Shown here: one piece after another, positions 52,200 through 64,000 of the stretch
Layout: every line of letters begins with the position of its first letter
Position numbering within the stretch: position 1 is the first letter of the stretch
NCBI GenBank assembly: GCA_951406725.2
Contig: OX597823.1
Coordinates: forward strand, 106,764,001-106,828,000
Reading direction: 5' to 3'
Length of the DNA: 64,000 nt
Origin: Octopus vulgaris
Taxonomy: Eukaryota
Translations under genes and position numbers: made by a program
Notes under the pieces: generated by a model
The model's input: the letters and a program-made list of their open reading frames with translations, nothing else
What the model was told of the DNA's origin: nothing
Database searches by the model: none

Positions 52200-53200
52200 G
52201 AAATACCTTTGATGATGTCAACACCAACAATGAGACCAACACAAGTATTAGTATGGCACCTGTAAGCCCATTGCTACAGGTCCTATAACCCCTACTCCTA
52301 AAGAAGTGGAATAACATACCTCGAAAAAAGACCTGGATGTGAAGCGCTCAATATAAAAAAGACTTTGCATACGCATATTTCCCGAAGACTTGGAGACGAC
52401 TCTAATATCGACATAAAGTGCAGTTTTTCTTATACGTACTTGCGATCGCTACATAACACACTTAGAAAGTTATGCGTTTGCAATACAAGAACAGGAGATC
52501 ACTGCAATATATCAAATGAACAAAGCAAACAGGGACGCCATTGGAGTCTGAAGATGCAATGAAGATGCAATGATTATGTAACATCTCTGCGGAAGACGTA
52601 ACACATTTGATCAGCAACTGCTTAAAAATATCATCAAACTACTACTTCCTAAAGAAGCATGACTTTGACGCTAAAACAATATACATTGCCATCCGAGGTA
52701 AAAGATTGTTTTGATGTAAACATGGAGAATGGCCTTGTAATTGAATACATACATGGACATCAACTGGTTGTACATTCTCATAAAACCTTCTATTAATCGC
52801 AAGCATAACCGACTGGATATAATTATTTGGGACAAACTAGAAAAAGCATATACCGTCATAGAGTTCAGATGCCCTGGTTATATGAATACCTCTTTGAAAA
52901 TCAAGGAGAAAGAGAATAACTACGGACGACTGTTTCGAAATATTCAGCTTCTGTACCCAGATTGAAATTGTACATTTATACTAATAATAAATGGTACAGT
53001 CGGTTTTGTTAGTGGAAAGTTGGAAAAGCTAGGGTTTCCTGGAAAAGAGATCAAACTCACTTTACAAATACAACCTGTAGGCAGAACAGTAAATATATGA
53101 AAAACTTTTCTCAAGCTCATAATGTGACTTTGTTTTTATCTACATTCCAATAATGGAGTTCTGTGTCTGTATTAGATATCATTTTCTTCGCAAGAAATTA
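52200..53200 (+). pseudogene. Degenerate RLE LINE 3' region, same family as 58548-59567
   Basis: HLESYAFAIQEQEI, C.LC...EDVTHLISNC, KHNRLDIIIWDK...VIEFRCP...KIKEKENNYGRL...QLLYPD; similar 3'UTR (ATTCCAA...GGAG...GCAAGAAAT). Confidence 0.85.
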
Positions 53201-53220
53201 TTCACATACACACACACAAA

Positions 53221-53268
<48 letters not shown>

Positions 53269-53588
53269 TTTGGATGTGTGTATGTATGTATACATGATAT
53301 ATAAATGAATTTATAGATACACAAATATGTATGTACACACACAGAAACGCACGTACACAAACAATTACATTAATACATGCATAGATATATTTAAACTTTT
53401 GCATATAGATACACACACAGACATATATATATATATATATACAGACACTCTCATTCACACATACATTCATCCGTGTAGATGCACAGACAATCGCATTGAC
53501 CTGAAAGTCAATATCCATTAGAATTATGAATCATGTTAAAATAAATTCAGAAAACGAAGCAGTGAAGATAGTTTCATTCTGCATAAAC

Positions 53589-53687
<99 letters not shown>

Positions 53688-53762
53688 CTGGCTGGCTGAC
53701 TGGCTTTCTGACTACCTATATGCTTGCATGTATGTATATATGTATGTATGTATGTATATATG

Positions 53763-53796
<34 letters not shown>

Positions 53797-54395
53797 TGTA
53801 TGTATGTATGTATGTATGTATGTATGTATGTATGTATGTATGTATGTGTATGTGCGTGCATTTGTGTGTGCGAGCATGAGTACATAAATACATACTTATA
53901 TGTATGTGTATGCGTGTGCATGTGTATGTGTGTATGTGTACGAGTATATAAATACAGGTATGCATACATACTTATACACAAAACTAATTCCACGCAGTCA
54001 TTCAGACATATTGCATATATAAAAAAGGAGGAAATAGGAAGACATAGACGATACAGATATTACAGAGATTTCGAAAGAGAAAAATAGAGAGGGAAAGAGT
54101 AGGAAAGGAGAGTGAGAAAGAAAGAGGAGAAGACAGACTGAAATGTCAGTGAGTACGTTGAACAGTGACATAAATATATATAAGTATGTATAACAGAAAC
54201 ATCGAGTACAACGATCGACCTACTTATCGCTTCTATGTCTCAACTTCCTACTCAGTTATACAAGCTCCTTGTGTACTTTCGTCATAGCGTTAGGTGCGGA
54301 TACGCACTCGGTTGTAGGTTAGTGCTCCTGCATATATATATATGTGTGTGTGTGTGCGTATATATATATATATATACACACATATATATACACAC

Positions 54396-54462
<67 letters not shown>

Positions 54463-54559
54463 AACTCGCACGCTCATACGTACATGCACACACACACACA
54501 CATGTCGCATTTGGGACGTGTCATCTTTTACAATATTTAAACAGTTTTAAACAGACATC

Positions 54560-54638
54560 ATTAGCATCATTATTATTATTGTTATTATTATCATCATCAT
54601 CATCATCATTATAATTATTATTATTATCATCATCATCA

Positions 54639-54699
<61 letters not shown>

Positions 54700-54707
54700 C
54701 ATTATTA

Positions 54708-54766
<59 letters not shown>
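54560..54766. repeat. (ATT)n/(ATC)n array at the 3' end of the adjacent LINE
   Basis: Direct inspection. Confidence 0.95.
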
Positions 54767-55505
54767 GCCTTTGCACAGCTTCTAACGCTGGAGATGTACT
54801 ACAGTGTCAACTGTTCACAACCAGTGAACTAAGGAAACACCTGTTATTTTCCAAGCACCTTCCGGAGTATTCGAGCGACTCCAAGCAGTGCTGTTTTCTG
54901 CAAGAGCTCCACCCTTATTGCAGCCCCTATTTGTTCCACGTACTTCTCTAGATTTTTGCTCACTATCCCAAGGGCTCCGACAATTATTGGTACTACTGCT
55001 ACTTTTTTCATCAACCACAACTTTTAACCTTTCATATCTCTCAACTTATATTTCTTCCTTATCGCATACCTTGTTGTCAGCTGGGCATGCTATATCTATG
55101 ATCCAGCATAGTTAGTTTTCTTTCTCAAGTCAGACTATATCTGGTTTCCTATTCTCAATCTCATGTTCTCACTGAATAATAAGATCCCATAGAATCTTTG
55201 CATTTCTATTTTCGACGATGCATTCAGGTTTGTGGTCGTACCAATTTTTTGCTCTGTTAAGTCCATACTTAAAGTGTTCAATGGACTAGCCTGGCAATAT
55301 TGTCGTGGCATCTCTTATATTCCTTCTGGGTTAGTGGCATACATTGGTTGGTAATATGTCATATGGTTTCGCCGTATTTTCCACAGATTCTGCACTTACT
55401 ACTTTCTGCTATTTTGTCTATTCTGTATTTTATGTAGTTTGTTCTTAGTGCTTGCTCTTGGGCAGCACATATTAGAGCCTCCTTTTTCTGATTTAAATCA
55501 CTTGT
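54767..55505 (-). pseudogene. R4/Dong-like LINE 3' end (CCHC plus RLE)
   Basis: EALICAAQEQALRTNYIKYRID...KCRICGKYGETI, HDNIARLVH, LWD...ENRKPDIV, WIIDIACP, LQKTALLGVARILRKVL; (TAA)n tail. Confidence 0.9.
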
Positions 55506-55509
55506 AGTC

Positions 55510-56583
55510 ATCCACAGCCATCTTTTTGTCTGTATATCTTATCTTCTGTAATGTCAATTATCTGGCACTTTCTATTCTCTTTATCTACATCTACCAAATC
55601 AGGTCTTTTAGCTTCTATATCTATATATATAAAACTCAACTTGTGTGTCTGCGTGTGTATCTGTGTGTGTGTCTGTGTGTTTAACTTCCCGGCACATCTG
55701 CTCCTAGCCAACAAATCGTAGAACCACAAAAATGGGTCACTTAAAGTTTAGGCGAATGAAAATTGAACTGCGCTATTTCTGTTCCGAAATTCATCTCGCA
55801 AAATCGATAATGTGTTTGTTTAGGCCTTATCCCATGCATTGAATAGTGAACTTTACTCAGTCAGCTGTTTGACGTGAACTGTGTTCACCATGCATGCAAG
55901 CATGCGTAAATTGCATGAAAAATAAAAAAATCGAGATATAAAAATGAATCGCCGTAAACATTGTAGAAATTCGGCAAAGAAATGAATTTTCGCGATGTAG
56001 CCTTGAGTGTATTTTCGTATTAATCGTTTGGACTTTGTGAACACATACCAATTGTTTTCATAACATTTTTAACGCTTTGAATTAAATGTGACCATTTTGC
56101 GTTGAGTCTGCAGTTTGAATCACTTTAACCAAATTTTAGCAGGCCGGATTTTTGATCATCATGATACATCGCCAGCGACTCCCTGAAATCCCCGTTGAGA
56201 AATACTGATCTAAAAGAATAATTCAAAAATGCAATTATTTGATCAACAAAAATTTATGAAACGCTTCTACGTACTTCCTATTGAGGAAATGGAACACATA
56301 AGCGCAAAAATAGAGGGCATTAAATGCTTGATTTTAAAACCGAAATAATTGAATTTTGATTGAACTTCATCCAAGTTTAGCTTAATTCGCGCGTGCATGG
56401 AACGCACGAGCGCACGAGCCGGGCAATACTGCTAGTACTCTATATATCAGTCTGAATGTTAAAGTCCCATATTTTCTATTTCTTATTTCCTAGTACTTTA
56501 CTAGGTTCATTTTCATCCCATTTACCATGTTCAAATCCTAGCTTTCTACATAATTCCCCGTGGATTACTATCTCTAGGTTGTC
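55510..56583 (-). pseudogene. Second RLE fragment, split by a Helitron
   Basis: DNLEIVIHGELCRKLGF...WDFNIQTD (56583-56436) continues as IEAKRPDLVDVDKENRKCQIIDIT (55619-55510). Confidence 0.8.
55620..56435 (+). mobile_element. Non-autonomous Helitron
   Basis: 5' A|TCTATATATATAAAAC; 3' GCCGGGCAATACTGCTAG|T, almost identical to the 36536 terminus; inserted at an A|T site within a LINE reading frame. Confidence 0.85.
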
Positions 56584-56596
56584 CATCATCATCATC

Positions 56597-56628
<32 letters not shown>

Positions 56629-57074
56629 CATCATCATCATTATCATCATCATCATCATCATCATCATCGTAGTCGTCGTCGTCGTCATCGTCATCGTCGT
56701 CGTCATCAGCGTTGTTGTTGTTATTGTCATTGGAAATTACATTAGGGGCTCCCTGTCCTCCGGTCAATTCGTTTGGTGGAAGTTCCACATTAGCAGCACA
56801 TGGAGGACGAGTGAGTAAGAACAATGCTGTCCTAGGCATTGGATAGGACGAACTGGCAGGTCTACTCTGGTGCTTTGGAGCCTGTTTCTGCTACGGACAA
56901 CTTTTAGAATTCGAGTGCCTATAGAGATGGACCCTACAGTGTCACAAGAGAGGAACGTCCGAGATGCTCGCAGAGCCATGAAAACTCATAGCAGTCACTC
57001 GCGCAGTGTCTGACCTTTGCAAAACTTAATGTATATGATTGCAATTCTTTTCATAACCTGCTGTTGTTCCTGCA

Positions 57075-57086
57075 GCAGCTATAGTG

Positions 57087-57138
<52 letters not shown>

Positions 57139-57155
57139 CAGCAGAAGCTATAGTG

Positions 57156-57201
<46 letters not shown>

Positions 57202-57287
57202 CAGTGGTAGTAGTAGTAGTAGTAGTAGTAGTAGCAGCTATAGTGGTAGTAATAGTTGTATTAGTAGCAGCAGCAGCTATAGTGGTA

Positions 57288-57349
<62 letters not shown>

Positions 57350-57350
57350 T
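57075..57350. repeat. (TAG)n array with repeated GCAGCTATAGTGG interruptions
   Basis: Direct inspection. Confidence 0.9.
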
Positions 57351-57682
57351 GATGTTCTGGGATATAGAAAGAAGCTTAATGGTGAGTCTATATCGCATGA
57401 TAAATACGAAGTCCCAAAATTAAGCATTCGTACATTGGAGCTCCCCATAAAGTATTAATAAATCAATCAAGAACTATGCAAATAAACGCATACATAAGAA
57501 CACGTATAGATTATACACATATACACACACACATTCATGCATGCAAGCATACGTGCTAACATTCGTACATGCATACTTATATAAATAAATATATAATCGA
57601 CATATATGTAACGACAGTGAGTTTCGCCTATCAACAATGCTCTAAGTAACCTTTTAACATCGATGTTAATTCGAAGACGTCT

Positions 57683-57721
57683 TGACCTCTGAGGTCAATC
57701 ATTCGTTGACCTTCACTTCCG
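57683..57721. promoter_or_regulatory. Cluster of three perfect nuclear-receptor half-sites plus an ETS core
   Basis: TGACCT-ctg-AGGTCA-atcattcgt-TGACCT-tc-ACTTCCG. Confidence 0.3.
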
Positions 57722-58547
57722 TCACCATCAAGACAAAACCAGATAATCGGTAAAAATAAACTAATGAGTGAACTAGTGTCTTGCGGTTCATAATCCTCCT
57801 TGCCGTCTTGCCTCACTCCCGTTTCCACTCACAAAGAGGCCCTCTTTATCTCATCTCTGTATCATGACGCTAAGCATACACCTCTCTCCACATACAGCCT
57901 CTCACTTGTCCTCCTAATATCTCACCATCTGACTACGCATGGCAGCCATGATTTGTTGCTTTTAAATACTAATTCGGTGGTGGTTGGCTGTTGATTTTTA
58001 TTGTTATTTTTGGTGGAAGCGGTGGTTCTGGTGGTGGTGGTGGTGGTGGTGGTGGCAAGTTTTGAAGATATATGCTAATTAGCACTGTCATCGACTCCAG
58101 TACGACTAACCACAACCACCTCCACCACTACAACCGCCACCACAAACTATCACTACAGCTACGTTTACGTTCGCGATCCCCACTACAACCACTAACTCAA
58201 CTACCACCAATACAACTAACGTTGCAGTCAACATCTTCATCGATACCACAAGTACCACCACAACCATGGCCACCAGCATAGCCTCCACTTCAATCACCAC
58301 ATGGAAACTCTTCGTGATTACTCGATCTGGTAGAATTAGCAACAAAATTATTCTTATAAAAGGCACATTTCGATGGTAATAGTCCTTGAATGTCAGCGAT
58401 CATAAAAGCGTCCGTCAGTGTTACAGGAGAGCTAAATTTCGGTTTCAAATTTTGGCACAAGGCCAGCAATTTCGGTGGTGGTGGTTGTGATGGTGGTGGT
58501 TTTGGTGGTGGTGGTGGTGGTGGTTTTGGTGGTGGTGGTGGTGGTGG

Positions 58548-59567
58548 TGCCGTGCGTGGATATGTTAGTAGAAAGCTCCGAGAGGATAGTAACATTGATC
58601 ACTAAAGCAGTCCATCATGGATCAACAACTGGATTACTACCTCCACCTTTGAAGGGTATGTGTTTGCAATCCAGGAACAGGAAATATCAACCAAATACAT
58701 GATGAACAAACGGGACAGAGATGTAGGAAATGCAGCAAAATGTGACAACCGATGCAGACTTTGTGGAATTAATATCGAAGATATCATTCACATCATAAGC
58801 AGCTGTGCAATAATGTCATCACAGTATTACTTACTGATGAGACATGATGTTGCATTTAAGACACTGTATAATCAGATCCGTCGGAAGGATAGTTCAGAGG
58901 ACAACGAAATAAAAACCCTCAGTATGGTGGAAGCCATCGTCACTCATAATAAAAAGGAGTATTGGTGGAATGTCCCAGTGAGACTCTCAATAAAATGTAA
59001 GCACAATATACCTCATATAATAATTTGTGATAGAGAAGAGAAACTATGCACAGTTGTGGAGATCAGCTGCCCAGCGAATGTTAACATAAAGCTAAAGATC
59101 AGCGAAGAAGAAAATATCTACGCTGAACTATTGAGACACCAGCAGTTACTCTACCCAGATTGCAAGTTCAGGTTTATACCTGTAATTATTGGGGCAATGG
59201 GATTTATAACACACTGCCTAAAAACCAATCTTGAGAAATTAAGCTTCTTGAAACCAGTAAGGAGAAAGCTGATTCGAAAACTACAGATCCAATCCATCAC
59301 TGGAGCTGTAAAATTTGTAGAACTTTCCTTAAGTTTATCATTTAAGTATATATGCGCATGTCTAGATATGCAGCTATATGCATGAGAATACGGAGCAACA
59401 CGTGCAAATCTGTACATGTACTGACTCCGAATACTGCACATACACATGCATACGTGCAAAAATACCCTGTTGATGTTGTTGAAATTCCAACGAAGGAGCC
59501 TTGGATCTAGGTTAGAAACCTACTCTTCCTCTATTGGCAAGAAATCTTGAAATAAAACTGAATAATG
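58548..59567 (+). mobile_element. 5'-truncated RLE-type non-LTR retrotransposon with 3'UTR
   Basis: Begins at GYVSRKL...FEGYVFAIQEQE after a (GGT)n run; ends at AATAAAACTGAATAAT. Confidence 0.85.
58660..59385 (+). pseudogene. 241-codon remnant: CCHC zinc knuckle plus restriction-like endonuclease
   Basis: CRLCGINIEDIIHIISSC, RHD, HNIPHII (catalytic PD>PH), VEISCP, IPVIIGAMG. Confidence 0.9.
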
Positions 59568-60182
59568 ACATACACATATACATGCATACACGCATACATG
59601 CGTGTAGAAATGTTTGGTAAAACCAATAAGTAAGCAGAACAATAGAAATGTGCAAGATTTTTCTGAAGCGCAACAACTAAATCTATTACTCCTGTCATCT
59701 AAATTTATCCTTTGTTAGAAATCAACCGGTTTTCCAGGCTGAATATAAATAGACAGGAAATAAAATTTAACATACATACCTCACACACAATAAAATTCAT
59801 ACATACATACATACATACATACATACATACATACATACATACATACATGCATACATACATACATACATACATACATACATACATACATACATACATACAT
59901 ACATACATACATGCATACATTTAAAACGCCATGCCTGTACATATATTGCTCCTAAATTTGGTAAATTAGAAACTCGAGCTTTACGAAGTACAAATCGGGA
60001 GCGATATAGAATTTTGTATTTCTAGACTTTGTCCATCAACGAGAGTGGAAATTGGTCGAAAGTGCCAAGTGAGATGTTAACAATTTTGTCACGTACTCTA
60101 TTGTTTCAAATAACTCAACCACGTATCTTACCATTCAGGCACAGTTACGTCCTGCACGCACTCACAGATAAGCACATGTACA

Positions 60183-60264
<82 letters not shown>

Positions 60265-60539
60265 TACACACACACACTCATGCGCGTGCACAAGTATACG
60301 TCAAAACAAAAAACCACGTAAATAGAAGCATGAGTGTGCGGTATACTTACAGAGTTATAAAACTTAAATTTGCATACTATATATGTGAACATATTCATAT
60401 TTGTGTGCATGCAAGTGTGCGTATGTGTGGTGTGCATACACGAGGATGTGTGTGTATATATATATATATATATAGCATATATACGTATATATATATATTT
60501 ATATCTATAGTATATATGCATATCTATATATATTTACGT

Positions 60540-60697
60540 GAGTGGGTGCGTGCTAAGTAGCTTGCTGACCAACCACATGGTTCTAGGTTCAGTCCCACTG
60601 CGTGGAACCTTGTGTGAGTGTCTTCTACTATAGCCTCAGGTCGACCAAAGCCTTGTGAGTGGGTTTGGTAGACGGAAACTGAAAGAAGCCTGTCGTA

Positions 60698-60777
<80 letters not shown>

Positions 60778-61037
60778 AGTGTGTGTGTGTGTGCATGTGT
60801 GTGTGTGTGCGCGTGTGTGTGAGTATGTTTGCGTATCTGTATTTGTCCCCCCCAAAATCGCTTGACAACCAATGCTGGTGTGTTTACGTCCCTGTAACTT
60901 AGCGGTTCGGAAAAAGAGGCCGGTAGAAAAAGTATTAGGTTTACAAAGAATAAATCCTGGGGTCAATTTGCTCGGCTAAAGTCGGTGCTCCAGCATGGCC
61001 GCAGTCAAATGACTGAAACAAATAAAAGAGTAAAAGA
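60540..61037 (+). mobile_element. SINE family B with expanded internal (TA)n(TG)n
   Basis: Head TAAGTAGCTTGCTGACCAACCACATGG...; tail CCAGCATGGCCGCAGTCAAATGACTGAAAC. Confidence 0.9.
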
Positions 61038-61448
61038 ATATATATAACATATATACATAAATGTATATATATGTATACATATATATGTATATACATATAT
61101 ACTTTAATATATATATATATATATGCATATGTATGTATGTATATATGTATATGAAGTTGAAAGAGAATTACCTAAATGGAGACGAAGGGGGAGTTGGGAA
61201 CAATGAAAACCTAATTATGGAGATATAGTTAAATATAGGATGATAGGTGTATGTGTGAGTGAGTGAGTGAGAGTCTGTGTGATTGTGTGTTTGTATGATT
61301 GTGTGTGGGGGAGAGACAAATAACATTTAATGTAAAGACCCACATATATAGAACCATAAGAATAAATTCATATATATATATATATATATATATCATTTAT
61401 TTTCAGCTGTACTCAAAGAAACACACACGTACATTGGCATGCAAACTT

Positions 61449-61525
<77 letters not shown>

Positions 61526-61986
61526 TATACATATATATATATGTACATTACAGTGAAATAAAATAAAATCACTTTACTATTTTGGAAGACGTTATTCTAA
61601 CTTATTGATTTCCACTTAGCTAGAGATTCTGAATTAATTTCTAGATTTAATATTATTAAATTGCACTGCACTTATCTGAAAGTCTTTCACAATTATTCAG
61701 ATTATGTAATTGGATCAAAATATATATCCTGCTTTTTAACACCTGATCTACCTCATACTCCTCCCACAACAATCCCACTTCTTCTTCATGCTTCTGAGAA
61801 CCGAAACCCAATACCTTCCACTGTTCCAGTTTCATTCTTGATGTCTCTCTCTCTCTCCCATTCTCCATCTTTCACCTTTTTCTCTTCCTCTGCATGTTTC
61901 TGTTTTTAGATAGATTTCTTTGTTTGTGTGTGTGTGTGTACGTATGCACATATGTATGCATGTATGTATGTGTATATATATATATT

Positions 61987-62126
<140 letters not shown>

Positions 62127-62214
62127 CATATATATATACATATATATATGTTCGTATATATATATTCATATATATATATATACATATATATATACATATA
62201 TATATATATACACG

Positions 62215-62282
<68 letters not shown>

Positions 62283-63077
62283 TATTAATACATTACATAT
62301 ATATATGAGCATACATATACTTACAATTACATACATAATCATATACACACACACACACACACTCATGTTTATATACACACGTATACACATTTATATACAT
62401 GTATAACCCATCATCATCCCTTAACTGTGTCTTCCCCGTCTTCACTCATTTGTTGGCTCATCCCTATGCCCCTTCTCAATCTGGCTGAAAATTAGATATT
62501 TCGAAGCATAAAGTCTTAGAGACGACCGAGGAGGAAAAATATCAAAAGATTTGTTTACTTAATTTTTATTCTTTTAAATTAGATATTCCTCACGAATTTA
62601 AAACAATAAATGGCATTAGAACAGCAACAGCAGCAACAACAACAACTACAAGTATTATGACGATCCTGACAATTTTAAAACAAAAATAAATGCAAACGTT
62701 AACAAGAGAAACAATAAAAATGATGAACATCAGGAAAACAGGGAAAAAAATGCCGAGATATTTAAAACTAAGAGCAAACAGCAGAATGGAAAAAACAGCT
62801 GCAGTGATAAAAACAAAATTAATTACAATGGCAATTTAAGTGTCAGCAAAACGAAAGTTATAAAGAACTGAAGGAACCGGTGACAATAGCATCATCATCA
62901 TCACCATCGTCGTCATCATCATCATCATTTACATCGTCGTCATCGTCGTCGTCATCGCCGTCGTTGTCATCGTCGTCATCGCCGTCGTTGTCATCGTCGT
63001 CATCGCACTCGTTGTCATCGTCGTCATCATCATTATTGTTATCGTCGTTGTCGTTGTCCTCAACAACGGCAACAACA

Positions 63078-63440
63078 GTGGAGGCCCAATGGCCCAGTGG
63101 TTAGGGCAGCGGACTCGCGGTCGGAAGATAGCGGTTTCGATTCCCAGACCGGGCGTTGTGTGTGTTTATTGAGCGAAAACACGTAAAGCTCCACGAGGCT
63201 CCGGCAGGGGTGGTGTGGCGACCCCTGTTGTACTCTTTCGCTCCAACTTTCTCTCACTCTTTCTTCCTGTTTCTTGTCCCTGACTTCCTATGCAACCGTT
63301 GAGCCTGAATGCGCATTCATCCATCCGTTGATGCTCTCGGTGTCGGGGGTTGACCTGCTTTCTCTTCTGCAGGTCTTACGAATAGCAAAGGACCACGTTT
63401 CGGACTCCTCCCATCTTGCGAGCCCTTGTTCGCTCAACAG
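63078..63440 (+). mobile_element. Full-length tRNA-derived SINE family C
   Basis: A box TGGCCCAGTGG, B box GTTTCGATTCC, body shared with 2516-2789, (CAA)n tail. Confidence 0.9.
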
Positions 63441-63478
63441 CAACAACAACAGTTACAACAAGAATAACAACAACGACA

Positions 63479-63522
<44 letters not shown>

Positions 63523-63791
63523 AAGTTGGTAGCAATTGTTTGTAGCATTAAGTATATCAATGGAAGCGTACCTACTTCCAGAAATTGTGAAAAGAAGGCA
63601 TTATTTCAATCGCCTGTCTGAGAATTATATTGAAGGAGCTAAACAAGCGATAGTTTCGAAGACATTTAGATACATTGTGAATAATATGCTATTATTCTTA
63701 CCATTTTCTGAACTCTTTGCCAACCGTTACGAAATTTACATCCCCCACCAATAACCATCAGCACTAACCTGCTCTACCACCAACACCACCA

Positions 63792-64000
63792 CCTATTTCT
63801 TTACTGCTACAAGGGGCTACACATAGAGGGGACAAACAAGGACAGACAAACGGATTAAGTCGATTATATCGACCCCAGTGCGTATCTGGTACTTATTTAA
63901 TCGACCCCGAAAATATGAAAAGCAAAGTTGACCTCGGCGGAATTTGAACTCAGAACGTAGTGGTAGACGAAATACTGCTAAGCATTTCGCCCGGCGTGCT
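63792..64000 (-). mobile_element. SINE family A, cut by the window end
   Basis: Reverse complement of the young family A sequence. Confidence 0.9.

Noticed and set aside
58390-58605. Gly-rich and Pro-rich ORFs
   Set aside because: (GGT)n microsatellite joined to a SINE tail fragment and the start of the LINE remnant.
63078-63152. tRNA-like A/B boxes (also at 13292, 28603 and 43479)
   Set aside because: No proper acceptor stem, and each continues into a multicopy SINE body; these are SINE heads, not tRNA genes.

Overview
Eukaryotic, repeat-saturated DNA. Several tRNA-derived SINE families, very dense (TA)n/(CA)n/(TATG)n/(TAGA)n/(AAT)n microsatellites and TAA-associated RLE LINEs suggest an octopus or other coleoid genome (inference, not verified). 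Almost all ORFs in the supplied track are microsatellite artefacts, and I found no intact host gene that I can name. Supported content: a full-length DD34D mariner broken by one frameshift (19.1-20.4 kb); an internally deleted mariner inserted into the YADD box of a decayed L1/Tx1-like RT (30.4-32.1 kb); a Tc1 relic; six R4/Dong-like RLE LINE relics; two non-autonomous Helitrons; hAT-like and TTAA-flanked MITEs; RTE-derived non-coding elements; Penelope-like fragments with minimal hammerhead motifs; and more than 25 SINE copies. Best leads: (1) a promoter-like motif cluster at 29.3-29.5 kb with a phase-compatible minus-strand exon chain encoding a basic orphan peptide; (2) an ORF1-only (HAL1-like) element at 1.4-2.3 kb; (3) a heterodimeric SINE bounded by one 15-bp TSD; (4) a type I hammerhead with U4C; (5) a 108-nt near-perfect hairpin; (6) a local 342-bp templated duplication. 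All calls were made by eye, boundaries of degenerate relics are approximate, and I cannot claim a new biological system from this sequence alone.
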